Of a stretch of DNA of 64,000 bases, positions 10,811 to 24,519 are shown piece by piece. Each line of letters begins with the position of its first letter. Position 1 is the stretch's first letter. A program made the translations under genes and the position numbers. The notes below the pieces were generated by a model. That model made no database searches. It was not told where the DNA came from and was given only the letters and a program-made list of their open reading frames with translations. The stretch comes from Camelus dromedarius. Its lineage: Eukaryota. The DNA lies in NCBI RefSeq assembly GCF_036321535.1, contig NC_087437.1:105154001-105218000 (forward strand), read 5' to 3'.

Positions 10811-13800
10811 AAAAATATATATGTGTAAGAGAAAGCCCACTAATTGCTGAGCTTTGAGTCCAGTATTTAAACTTTAATAAATAAACTTTAATAATCTTTA
10901 AATAAATATTGACATGGCACACAAAGCATTTGAATATATTATGACAATAGGAAAAAGAGATCAGAATCTGCAATCAAATTAGGAAGATTCAAATGCTATG
11001 TGTTTCCAAATCTCAGAAGTAACCAAAAGATCTCATGATTTTTTTCATATGTTTATAAGTATTAAATTACTAATGATTTTATAAATAATTATCTCAAAGC
11101 ATCAGCTCTCTCATATTCAGATCAGTAAACTGAGGTTCAGAAAAATTGGGGACCTTTTCCCTGACCTTACAGACCCTATTTGTTCTGTTACATCTTCTCT
11201 TGGAACCTTCTGGTTCTCACAAGATTCTTATCCTTGTCCATTTTCTTTGTTTTTTGCTACTTTTTCAATTTCCAGAAGGACACAGCGCAAGTATTTTGTT
11301 CACCACTGTGTTTCCTGTAAATGTCTGATAAATGAACGAATAAGTGAACGAGATGAATAAAATGAAAGTGGTTTATTAAGGGAAGTATTAGTTTCAGCGC
11401 AGCTGACTGTTGACTGAAAACTTAGTTCACCTGGGTTTATTTCCTAATTCACTACTTACTCAACTGCTCGACCAAGTAATCACCTCTCTGGCTTTAACTC
11501 TTTCCAATTTTGCTGTGTGTTTTCCACTAAATCTCATGACACGCTAAATAGGGCTATATCAACAGACCAGTTTAACTAGGCATCTATTTATAAATTCAAA
11601 AATCAAGATGACTGACATATGCTTATTTTATGTTTAATTATAAGTATTTCTTCAAAAATAGCCTTCAGAAAAGGTGCTACTAATTCCCATTTTAGTTGAA
11701 ATGAAAGAATGTCAAACTCTGTTAAAATTTGATTTCTGTAATTAGAAAAGCTGTCACAGAAAAATAACTGGGTAAGGACAGAGAATGTAACATCAATATC
11801 ACGACATCTACCTGCCTCTCCCTGTTGTCCTAACTTAGTAGCTGAGAAAAAAATTCTTGTTTGGGTTGGTATCTACGAAAACTAAGGGTTAAATTATGTT
11901 CTAAAAACTGATTTTTAAGAGTAAACCCTCAATTGCTACCAAAACCTTACAAATCATTATTAGTTACAGTCGAAGTAAGGTTGTAAATCTATGGCTTAAC
12001 ACAAATTAATAACAAACTGAGCTTCAAAAAATCCAGCGTATTTTATATCTAAAGAAAAGTGTCTGTTTATATACATTTATCTCTGGAGAAAAAAAAACGA
12101 CATGGTTACTGTGGATCAGAACTTACACTACACGTGTTAACTGGATTAACATATTGAACATAGAACTGACAGATGTAGGTTCAGTCATGTTTCTCATTTT
12201 AGAGATGAGAAAAATGAGACAGAGTTTATAAAATTACATAAATTTACACAATTAGCAATAATGACAGTTATTAATCATAACTGATTAATAATCCATAACA
12301 TAATTTATTTTTATTTAACTGATCAAGGAATCTGTTTATTTGGGGGAGTTAATCAAAAAAGTGAAATTTTATGTGGCTAGTAATTTACAGATCTAGTCTA
12401 AAACATTACTGCATAAAACAATCAAAAGGGATTTGGCATAGAATGCTATAATATCTAGTTAAAAGACCAAATACCCAGTAATGAGTTTTCCTTTCATGAT
12501 GTTAGATTGAGTAGTTCAATACAAATTGGTACAGAGTAAATTATACAATAAATATTGGCTTAAATGCATTTTTATTGTAATCATAAAAATACATAGAATT
12601 TGGAATTTAAATCTGTAATGAAATACATTTATAAAATGTCCAGATTTTTTCAAGTCACTTTTTTTTCTTAACAAATTGTTACAAAAGCTTTTACAGTTGT
12701 TTTTAATGTGTTAGATGCTCAGCATGTATAATGTTTTAATTTTTCCTCATGAGATACTGCAAACACTATTGATCAAAAAGTGAGAAAAATAGTTAAAGAG
12801 AAACTGAGATAAAAATAATGAGAAGTATTTGTTAGTCTCTGAATCATTAAAAATTAATTATAGAACTATTAATTTTCTTCTCAGGCTTGACAAGGATATG
12901 TCTCTCCAAATAATATTAGCCTCTGTGTCATCAAGAGCTTTGGTAATGCCACTTTTCTTAAAAGAAATATATATTGATACTTGGATATATATTATCAAGA
13001 TAATAATCAGCCTTCGTCTGTAAGTCTGTGAGTTCCTTTTCAACATATGATGGAAATGAATGTCTCAAACCTATATTCTGTTAAAATATGTCACATATCT
13101 GTTGATGAATACTGGAGAAAATCTACTGTTTATACATATATTTCTAATCTTATGTGAAAGCGTCAGAGGCAAATAAATATGTGTCAGAATTGAATTTTTA
13201 CACTAATCTTGAGTCTAGTGAAATTGGCACTCTAAAAATCCAGTTAACTCACTAAAATAAATATTCAATCAGGAAGGCAAAAATACGTTATAATGCAAAT
13301 ACACAGTGTGGAATACAAATGTACATTCTGAAATATGCCAAAGACTTTTATAATAAAGAAGTTTTGTAAAAGTGTAAAAAGCAATCTTGTACTATCTATG
13401 GCTTTCAACTCTTTCCATAGAAAATGATACAGGATATCTATTCAAGTTCTCACATAGCAAACCTTCAGTAAATAATTGTCAAATTTATAACCAAAAGTAT
13501 GGATAAATAAATGAATTTGTCAACATTACACAATTGTGTGAGCTGAATAAGAAAAAATGTGTTTGGCTAAGAAAACAGATTAATGAATTAAATCATTAAT
13601 TGTAAATTTCATTGATATGCTGTAGATGTTCAAAAATAAGAGAAAATGGTAAAAAATAAAACAAACTTTAAAATATGTTCAAATCAACTAAAACATTTGA
13701 AAGGTTATCTTCTTACATGGGAGCAAATGGCCCTTGGACTGAACCAGATAAAACCTGGCATGAAGGTGGCAAAGAATAACCAGTAGGCGTGAATTTCACA

Positions 13801-15119
13801 GTACAATGACCACAAGCAGGGACAATCAGATCCTTAACTAGCAAGAAAAGCTTGTAAGAGTGTGTTCCCTGTGACTGGAACTGTGATATGACGTAGTTGC
13901 TACTGATAAAGACTAAAAATAAATTCTGGCCATTTAAGTTTTATGGTTGTTTAAAACCCAAGCAAATAGCAGTTTACTGCACACCGTTTTTATCATCAGG
14001 ACACACCTTTTGAAGGATAATTGCTCATGATGTACTAGAGCCTATAGAAAGAGAACCTTGAATTAGAAGGCCACTGCCATTGAGGCAGAGAATTTAATGT
14101 TTGCCAGGGTGATTTTAAACAGCATGTGTTGCTTAAGTACATTGACTTTGGCTTAGGTTCTGCTTAAGTAGGCTCTCAGGAATTAGAGTAACTCAGTTTA
14201 ATGCCCTCCTTGCAAAATTATTTTAGTAATAGATATATTCATTTAAATTATTATTATTATTTGATATGTTTCTATTACTTTTAAATTACTTCTCTTTTTA
14301 AACAATATACTCATTTTAACCATTCCTCCATTATTCTGAAAGACTAATTATTTAGCTAAAGCAACCCCCAAATAAAATTTTGTATATGAATTGTACAAAT
14401 ACATACAGATACAAATGATTTCTTACTCATTTAGTGCTATTACAGAATTGTTTAATTTGGTAATAAAAAACCCACCTCCACAGAATACTCTCCTAGAATG
14501 CTAATATTTCACTGCTTATTGTATGTTTTTCTTGTTTTTGTCTTTTGGTTTATCCTATCTTTTCTATGTTTCAACCATAGTAAAACTTTCAATTATACTG
14601 CTTCCCATGGTACCATTTGAATTTGCTCACCAAAGGTAAAGCAATGGAATAAAGAATCACATGTTCATATTTGGTAGTGAAGGACTCCTCTTATTGAATC
14701 AAAATATGGGTTTTTTTAAAATTTAATTTGGTTATGATAAATTGAAACACATAAAATCTAAAAGTTACCCAATCATGAAAATCTAACCCATATTAGAAAT
14801 CCCATAATAATTTCTGTAATTTATATAATTTAATATATAGTCTTATAAAATCAGCAATTATTATAGTTATTTTATAGCTGTAGATAAATTGAGTTACAAA
14901 TAAGTCAGTTAACAATATCACATACATACAATCAGCAAGGCAGGTTTCAAATCTAATTCTGAGTCCAAGTGTATCTATCTTAACATTGTTCAGTTTCTTC
15001 TGTTACCTGTCTAATTTTTTTTGTTTTCTGTGCTTTAAAAATTGTACCTGATTATTATAGAGAAGAAAATTTTATAATTTTCAAATTTTGAAAGATACCT
15101 TCTAAGGATAAACTATAAG

Positions 15120-15280
15120 GCCTGGGAACAGACTCACCCAAATGTAGTCAACTGATTGTAACAAAGGTACAAAGACAATTCATGCAAAGATGACAGTCTT
15201 TTCAACAAACAGTGCTGGAATTATTGGACATTCTTATGCAAAGCAAGGAATCTTACAACGTACATAAAAACTAATTCAAC
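15120..15280 (+). mobile_element. Old L1 ORF2 fragment
   Basis: gtcaactgattgtaacaaaggtacaaagacaattc...gtcttttcaacaaacagtgctgga. Confidence 0.7.
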
Positions 15281-15329
15281 ATTATCTCTTATGATTGGTA
15301 TCTGTCTATCTTTCTATCTTGTCATTCAG

Positions 15330-15573
15330 TAACTTGTTAACAGGAGGGTACAAATACCTGACCAACTTGCCTCAATTTAGGACAAATTTCATGGGCTATT
15401 CCAACTCCCTGGGATCAGTTGAAACTTCTGTGTCAACTGCACTGCAGTGTAACCTCTCTCTCTCTCCACTTTTATCACTGCTTTACAGCTGTTATTTCCA
15501 AGAACACTCTTGTGTAAACATTCATCACTTAAATTTGCTTCGAAATCTTCTTCCTAGGAAAATGACCTAAGAT
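15330..15573 (+). mobile_element. LTR16-like ERVL LTR fragment
   Basis: cttgcctcaatttaggacaaatttcatgggctattcc...cttcctaggaaaatgacctaagata 3' end. Confidence 0.55.
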
Positions 15574-17933
15574 AAACTGAAGGAGAGACCTTAGAAAATG
15601 ACAATAGGTTCATGAAAATTGTGCTACTTTACAGAAATGCAAATTGTAAAACAGTGAAGGATCCGAAGAGAAGGAAATCAGCAAAGCTGAAATTGGGAAG
15701 AAAATGATTGCTTATCAAGAACCTGTGATACTTAATCTCTCCACATTGACTTTCCTGAGTTAATCACTACATTTAGTCTTTCAATTTCCAAGGAACGTAA
15801 TAATGCTTTTTTAAAATTATTCTTTCAACTAATCTATAATAAAATATCCCTTCAACATATTTCTCAAGGCTGAATTAACAGTGTTGTAACATGAGTAAAT
15901 ATGGTGATTGAGCAGGGTATTGTAGAGATAAAAAACTGTATCTAGATAGAAGATAATTGTAATGCATGGTTCTTCACTGAATTCTCTGATTTCAGTATAA
16001 TCAATTTGCCATCTTGTTTTTCAATGAGTAACAGATATCTCAACCTCTTACTTTAAAGGAAATTATCATCATGTTTTTTGCTGAGTTCTTTGGCTTATAA
16101 TCAATTTTTCTGGAAAACTAATAAGAAGTCAAATAAAGTATCATATTTTATAAAAGTCAGTGTAGAACTGCATATTTTTTACACAAAAATAGAGGGCTTT
16201 TTGTTTCCTTCAATTTTTCCCCTCTTTTCTAGATCCATCTGTTTTTCTGTCTCAGTATATTTTAATACTCTGGGTAAATGTTACGATTGCAAAGGTTTGA
16301 ATTTAGTTTTATTTTTATTTCACTTTCAGTCTACTAGTTGCCATTTTTTATATAGTTACAAAATCCATTCCTTTTGAATTAATTTACAATGATTCATATT
16401 AAAATTAATTCTTAACCTTTGCTGGGAGGTTGCATTTGAAATTTACCCTAAATATTATTAAGATAATTCAAAATGATAAATAATTTCAAAGCAAGTATTG
16501 AATATACATGATTAATAAATTTTTCTGGGTGTTTGAGGCTAAATTGAGATTAGAAAAGAAGTAGAAAGGATTTGCAAAATGTCTAACTTAAGAAAAAGGA
16601 ATCATAGTCTAGCAAAAGACAGCTGCTTGGTTTCTTTTTGCAGTATGAACTGCTATAGAAACGGCTAATGTCCTCCTTCACAGGGACCAGAAAATATGTC
16701 CCGGGTAGGTAGGTTCATGTGGACAACAAGAACATCATATTTGACGTCAGTGGTATGATTGTGTAGTAAGAATAAAAGTGAGACTCAATGGCCACTGAAG
16801 TCACATTTCTTTTCTTTCTTTTTTTTTTTTTTCTTCTATTTCCACTATATATATTGGGAGCAGATTCCTCTGTCTTCATAATAGTTAATGAATGAATGGG
16901 GGAGGAAAGCAAAAATAGAATACAGTGAAAATTAATTCCAAGGATTTCCATGAGGTGTTAAAAGCATATTTCAGAATGTGTTACTAAGGGAAATGGAAAA
17001 TTATTTTACAACCTAAGTTGAGTCTTTGGTGCAATACTTTCAGGGGGAAGAAATGTTACATCTCTACCTCTGTTTCACTCAGTCCTGGTTTTAGCACATG
17101 GCTGGTACTCTTTCTACATAAATAGTAACATTTGCAGTCTTCACTATAATGAAATAGCTATCTCAGGAAAATCTTTTATAATGAATTTCAATAGAGCAGT
17201 GGAGTGTGTGCATACACATATGTTCATACACATCCATGAACTAAAGAAGGAGAATAAATATCACGTTTTACTACTTGGAAATCTGTTCAAATTCTACTTT
17301 TTACACAGGGATATTCAAAACGTTAACACACACAAATTTTCACAAAAGTAAAACAAATCATTAAAGAGAAAATCTATGACCCAGCTGTTCTGATATATAT
17401 TACCAAACTTTTTTTTTTAATTTTTAGAGAACGTATTATTTTCTTCACAGATGCCTTTAAGACTCAAAACATCTTCAGAAGCCATCATTGTCTGCTTAAC
17501 TTTTATGCCAACATGTCTAGTGCAGAATGAAAAATCTACCCAACTGAAAATAACTCATTCTTCATGGTGTTCATTTGAAACAAATATACATTGTTATTTG
17601 TATAAAACAAGAAGGTGTTCTCCTGTTTTTCTTCATTTATATATTATTTAGGGTAAGCTAGACCACTGCAGTTACAAATACACCTTGAAATCTAACCCAA
17701 CAAAGGCTACGTCTCACTCATGCCAAGTCCAAAGCTAGTTGACAGAGCTCCAGGGCACTTTAATACTGTTAGGACTCAGGAATTTAGGCTGATTCTATTT
17801 TGTAGTAATTTCATCACAACTTGTGGCTCCCATGACAGCAGTGCTAGTGAAAAAAAGTGTGAAATTCCACTTCCACTTGCCAATACAAGGATAACACAGA
17901 ACTTTTTTGGTGCAGATTTAAATTTGAGGTCAC

Positions 17934-17936
<3 letters not shown>

Positions 17937-17986
<50 letters not shown>
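17937..17986. repeat. (TC)n microsatellite
   Basis: Seen directly. Confidence 0.95.
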
Positions 17987-17989
<3 letters not shown>

Positions 17990-19130
17990 TTTATCCATCA
18001 TTGTATCTCCTACAAAATAAAAACAGCAATAGCAGAGTGAAGAAAAATAAAATTGGATTCCTCAGATTTTCCTTTTCCAACTTCCCCATCCTTACTCCAA
18101 CCACCTCCCTTCACATGTGCTACATACCAGTTTTCTCTTATAGTTTTCTTCTTTCTACTCCTTTTTCACTGTAAAAATTCTGGAGAGAAGAGAGGTCGTA
18201 GTTTGAACATATGTGGTTGCAAATTCCAAGGTGGTCTATGTTGTTAAATGATTTCAACCACTTTCTTGCACTAACATACTGAGCTGAGGCAAGATAAAGA
18301 ACAAGCAAATTCTAAGGCAAAAAGATTGCCTTTTAACTGTTTGATTCCATCTTCAGTGATCCAAATTTCTCATAAGCACTGTGTATGTCCAACAGGTAGA
18401 AATTTTTGATCAGTGTAAATGTGTCCCCAGGTCTCTAACAGATTTCAAAATGTTTGTGCCTAAATAAAATCTGTATCCATTTTAAAATGTTCTTTAGTGA
18501 AGCAATATAGTTCCCAATCTAGAATTGGATATCTGAGTTTCAGAGTCTAGCAAATATAATTTTAACATGATAGATTTTTCTTTTTCAAAACTAAAAGTCT
18601 ATTTCTCCTTACCTGAGTTAAGCATAAAATTAACTAACTTTTTGTGGGTGTATGTATACGTTTTATTAACCCTTTCAAGTCACTTTGATCCTTATACCAC
18701 TTTTTTTCTGAATCACTGAGTATAAGAAATTATTTTTAACGTAAGTCATTGGCATTCCATGTTCTTTGAAAAACTTATTAGTATTATCATTGTCGTGCTC
18801 CTCTTAAGTATCATTAGGAAATATATTTGTTTAACTCACAATTAAAATTAAATATGAAGTAGTGTGTAATTTGAAGGAGACATATATATATTACATATCA
18901 CATATATGTGTAAATTATATATATATGGGGGGGAGAGAGAGAGAGAGTATAAGATTTAAAGATTGAAATAGCTTCTTGAAACCTGTGTTTACTCACAGCA
19001 AAGCAAGGAAGAAAACAATTTCATAAGAGAGTGAACATTGATTTCTTTAAAATGAATGTTGTAAATGTTCAGTGGAAGTTTTTAGCTTAATATTATACTT
19101 CAAATATGTATGTTTTGTTTACAGAAACAA

Positions 19131-19185
19131 AATATATATATATATGTGTGTGTATATGTATATACACACATATATACACACACAC

Positions 19186-19247
<62 letters not shown>
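19131..19247. repeat. Compound (TA)n/(TG)n/(CA)n microsatellite
   Basis: Seen directly; long perfect TA run at ~19189-19247. Confidence 0.95.
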
Positions 19248-19250
<3 letters not shown>

Positions 19251-19759
19251 GGCATTTAATCAAGAGTCCTAGGCTTTCTCTACACCTCCAGAAACTGTCA
19301 AGGTACTTAATGTAAATGATGAATAAGGTTATAAAGGAAAGACATAACCTCTTCATAGTTAGTTAATGTCAAATTTAAAACAGAGCATTAACCTGGATGG
19401 CCAATCTATGTGAAAAGAACATAATCCTGTCAAATTTTAATACCATTTTAACATTTATTTCAAAGTGAGAAATACAGGTAACACAGTTAAGAAAGAGTGA
19501 GACATTTAAGTCAAGTGATGCAGAAAATACACAGAAATAAGGTATGTTGGTCAACTTACGGTACTTATTCTTTAACCATATGGAATTTTTGATCACCAAT
19601 AGAAACATAAAAGCTTATATTTTGCATATCAGCTGAGCCCAACTGTCTACCTCCTCTCATCCCCAAAGTCTGAGGAAGCAGTACAACTCCTAATCCTGTA
19701 GACATGACATATGGTATATGTTGAAGTGTACATTGCTTTACAGCCTTCCTCTTTGTTTT

Positions 19760-20400
19760 CTGTTAGGTCTTCATCACTTCTTGCTTCTTCCACCAGGGAA
19801 GTCTCCAACTGCTTCTTGGCCTCAAATCCATTTGTGCTGCGGCCCCCAGAGTCACCTACCTAAAAATCATATTGAACCATGGGTTTTCTGTGCTTCAAAT
19901 CTTTCTCTGGCTCCTCATCTTCTAGAATACAAAGTCTAAGTACCAGGATACAAAGAGCATTTGCCACACTCCTGAACCCTCCATATTATCCATATCATAG
20001 GATTCTCCCCTTTTTTGGCCACTTGTTTCCTGTATTTCATGCTTCAAAAACCTCAAATGACTGGCTATTGCCTGACTATATCTAGGCAACGTACTTCTCC
20101 CTTCTCCGTGCCTTTGTTAAAGCTGCCCCCAACTCCCACTCTGCTGTGGCATTCTCCTTATCCCTTTCCTTAGGTTTCTCACTTGACTGAATATTCAGTT
20201 CAAGTGTTCCCTACTTCACGTAGCCCTTCATGATTTGTTTCCCAACCAGGGTAACTTACCCTTTCTAATGATTTCCATAATGTTTTGGACACATATTATT
20301 GCTTACTGCAGTTGGAATTGCCTTAGAATTATCTTTTTGTGATATGCTTTATAACCACATTGATAGCTCCTTGAGGCCAGAAACTATGCCTTAATTATCT
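19760..20400 (+). mobile_element. L2 LINE remnant
   Basis: Degenerate L2 3'-region motifs (aaatctttctctggctcctcatc...gaatacaaagtctaag; gctccttgaggccagaaactatg). Confidence 0.55.
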
Positions 20401-21539
20401 CATTTCTAATTATCACATTCTGGTATCAAAGGATATCAGAACAACAAGCATCTTTAATATCTTAAACTCTGCCATGTGAAGAGTTGTTCTTAAACATTCA
20501 GCATCACTGTTCATTTAAATGGACGCATTTTTATCACAGTTAAGTGTATTCTCAAAATGCAGTTTTCTAAATATTGGAAATATTAACTGGTAGATTTACT
20601 GCAGAGGAAGTTAAATATGAAAGACTTTCCTCCTCCCAGTGTGGAGCTTCATTGCTAAGAAAGCTGTTTCTTTGAGCAGGTGCTTCTAAGTGTCAGCCTG
20701 CAGGAAGTCATTTAAAACCAAAGCACACCAAGGTAGTTTCCATGGAAGCAGAAATTAACCCCTAGAATCCTCATATATAGTTCACATCTGGTGCAAACTC
20801 CACCAGAGACAACAACTGAGGCAAATTATTCGTATAAAAGACAATAAAAGTAAGAGCAGTTATCTTAATAGTCATTTCCTGTATTACTAAATGTTCCTTT
20901 GTGACATGTATTTCATATCAATATTTAAAGTAAATGGTCACATCTAATTAACTCTAATTGTTTCCCCAAATTATATTTCTTTCTTTTTAGTGACTATACC
21001 GTAATAAGATTTGTTATTTTAGATAGATAAATATTTTCTTAAGAACTTTATGCTTCCCACTTACTTACATTTCCCTCTCCCCAGTTTTTTTTTTTTTTTA
21101 TATACTTATATTTTTCTATAGTCTTAGGAAAGATTTCAATGACTTGGTTAAAGAATGTTAACTAGGACTGGTGAAAATTTCTTCTTTGTTGTCTCTGGTA
21201 GAGCCAGAAAGGCACAAGTCTTGACAGTCAAAGGGTTTGAGAATGCTTCCATTGGCATCATTTCATTCCAATTTTTTAAGCTTGGAAATAATGAAGGCAA
21301 CCACATTTTTCCCACCTGAATTTTTTCCTTACTTTCCTCTGGAGTTGTACAGTGATCCAACATTTTTGGAACTCTAGCACATAAGAACTGAACTTTTGTA
21401 GAGCGCCAGCCAAACCTTGCTTTTTCATATACCTTTTAGAATTGAATCTGTTAAGGAGTACAATAGAAGAATCAAGAATTTTTAAAGGAATAGTGTCCTA
21501 TTATATCTGGATTGTATTTGAGAAATTATCAGATAAACT

Positions 21540-22215
21540 CAAAATGCAGAATGGTTCATTAAAATAAAAATGAACACATTCTTCAAAAAAAAATCAATGT
21601 CATAAATTAAAGAAAAGGATAAGAATTGTTCCAGATTAGAGGAAACTTTAAAAACCTGACAACTAAATGTATCTTGTTATCATAGACTGAATACTGTATT
21701 AAGAAATAAAAGCAAAACGCCAAGCAATTTTATGATATCAATTGAAAATATTTGGATACAAACAGTAAATTAGATAAAAGCACTGTATACAGATTAAAGT
21801 CATTTAGCGTGTTTAGACTACTGTGATTATTTACAATATCACCCTTATTTTTAAAAATATATACCTTGATATATTTAGACCTAAAAGATTATTATGTAAG
21901 TAAACAATTTTTAAGTGGTTTGGGAAAAATATATGGAGAGATAGATATATAGATGTTCAGGAAGACATATATACAATATATATTTACCTATATTTGCATA
22001 TTTTGTATATATATAATACAATAACTTTCTTAACCATTTGAGGATATGTGTGCATGTTTACACTCACAAATAAAGAGCACAAATGATAAAGCAAATTATA
22101 CTAAATATCAATTAGAGTTGAATCCAGGTAAAAATAGTATGTGTAAGTTTGGATTGTTTTTACAATGATTCCATGAGTTTGAAGTCCTTCCAAATGAAAT
22201 TTGAAAAAGAAAACC
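21540..22215 (+). mobile_element. Old L1 (L1MC-like) 3' UTR
   Basis: gttccagattagaggaaact...gacaactaaatgtatc; aaatgataaagcaaattatac...gttgaatccaggtaaaaatagtatg. Confidence 0.6.
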
Positions 22216-22679
22216 AAATTGGGCAAACACTAATTTCTTGATTTTCTTAGCTGAACTATGTTTATGTAAGATGTTAACTCTAAGAACAGAATCCAATTCT
22301 TTTTATTTCAGAATCACTCATTTTTCATTACAATACACAACATACTTCAGCAGAAGTACACTTGTTTGCTCTTGGGTTTTTTGTGTGTATTTTTACTTTG
22401 TATTATCTCTCTTATTTTTTGCTTATTTCTAGTAATGAGCATCTACTTGGACTCATGACTACAAATAACATGCAGGCAAGAATAATGAATGGCATATACG
22501 TCCATTTCTCATGAGCGTGAAATGAAGAAGCTTGAGAAATGCATCGACTATTGACTTCTCAATAAGTATTTAATTTATTCATTTACTGTTACTCACATGT
22601 GTTATAATATCATTGTTCCAACTTTTTAATATAACATTATTCTTTCTTCCATTTGTTTAATTGATACTTCTTTTGCTAG

Positions 22680-23100
22680 GCAATGAGTTATACATTGGCC
22701 ACAGCAGAGTGTACATGGTCTCTCACCTCATGGAGTTTACAATTTAATGAGAGACACAGATAGTTAACAAATCAACATGCAAACAGAAAATTAGAAATGA
22801 TGATAAATAATGACTGAAAAGAACCAGAGACTCTGAGAGAAAACAAAGTGGTGAGGACTATTAATTTAGCTGTGAGAAGGTGTGATACTTCTCTGAGGGA
22901 TAAGATGTGGAGTCAAAAATTTCAAACTGGACTGCATGGGCAAAGGCTGTACATTGGGAAAGGACTTCAGCATCTGAGGACCTGAATAAATGTCAGCACA
23001 ACTGAAGTGGGTTGAGTGGAGGAGATGTGGTAAAGAATGAAGGCAGGAGGATAGGAGCCCTACAGGCCAAAGTAAAAAGTTCAATTACATCTCTTTGAAG
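22680..23100 (-). mobile_element. L2 LINE remnant
   Basis: ggtctctcacctcatggagtttacaatttaatgagagacacag..., typical antisense L2. Confidence 0.55.
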
Positions 23101-24519
23101 AATCTAGAAGTATTTAAGCAGAAGACTTAAATAATTTCATAATGTCCTATTACTAGAGGGAGATTACATTTGGGAGAGTGCAAATGGGAAAAAAGACAGA
23201 ACGTTATTTTAATAGAATGACTTTGCCAGTGAATATGAGTAGAAATGGAATATTAAAAATATTTTAAATGGAATGAAGGTGCCAAGGTGATGAATTAATG
23301 TGGGAGTTCAGAAATAAGTCAATGTCAAAAATGAGTCCCAATAATCTGTCTTGATAATAAAGTGTGTAATTTAGGTATTTTCTTGACACTAAGGAAAAGG
23401 TGAACAGATATCACATGAAAAATATTTGACTCAGCAATAGTTCTTACTTAAATGAATTTATGAAAACTGGCAAGGATACTCAAAAAGATCTTCTGTATAA
23501 ATGTATGTATAATGTATTTATGTATCTGAACTGAAAATAGAATTAGAATGCAAATAATTGTCCATTTTTGCTGTAGTTTCATTTTAAGTTATATTCAGAA
23601 AGGTTCTATGAATATTTTGAATGGCCTGTTTATGGAATTTCTAGGCATTTTCTTGTCCTTATTAAGATTTGGAATTATACTTTCATTCATTTTAAATAAA
23701 TTTCATCTGACTCTCATTTTCATACCAATAACTTCATTCTAGCAATAAAATGTTATTGTCAATCCTTCTTAGTTTTATTTTTGCCTTTGAAAAATATTAC
23801 CATGTGATAAGAAAGAGCTTATCTGTGTAGGTCAGTATGGGCCTTAAATTTATCTCCTAAAGTTAATTAAAATTTTGGAGAATTTCTTGTGATTATCCAA
23901 ATGCATCAACTCCATATATATTCAGATATGAAAATAAAGTATTCAAAAACTTGAGCAGCATGCTGGCAGCATTAAACATGTTTGTGATTATTGAATTGAA
24001 TGGAAATTGCGCTCAAGTGTAGGGAATGTCTCCACTTCCAGGGCTAGTGTGATGCCCTGCATGTAATAGGTGCAGAAATGGTTTGACAGATATAATAGGT
24101 ATGGTTAGTCCTGCCCTCTTACTTAAAAGAACTCAAATTTCTAGGCTTTCTGGAAGTTAGAATTCAACCACATGACCTAAGAGCTGAGTGAGACTTTCTT
24201 TGGCTGTTATTTGGAGACATGGCGGTTATAAGGCTGTGTATTAGTGGTGATCTTGATTTCAGCACATGGAGTTATCCCATAACTGTTACATAAAGTAGTG
24301 GCATTTTTCTCATCAGGCTGTTCTTTTGGCGTTTTTGACTATTTTTTCTGGAATCTGAGTCTCAGTCTATATATCTGGTTTTTCCAATGATTGGGTATGT
24401 TTTCGAACACTGTTAATAAATTATTTTTTGTATCAACTAGAGAGAATTAAGTCTGTTGCTTGTAACTGTTCAGTCCCTGAATAGCATAACAAAGTGTAAA
24501 GAATAAAATTTAAATTACT

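Noticed and set aside
17720..19356. ORFs with (RE)n, (SL)n and (YI)n tracts
   Set aside because: Translations of microsatellites
20595..20760. Cluster of ETS-like GGAAG motifs
   Set aside because: Short motifs are expected by chance; no independent support for an enhancer
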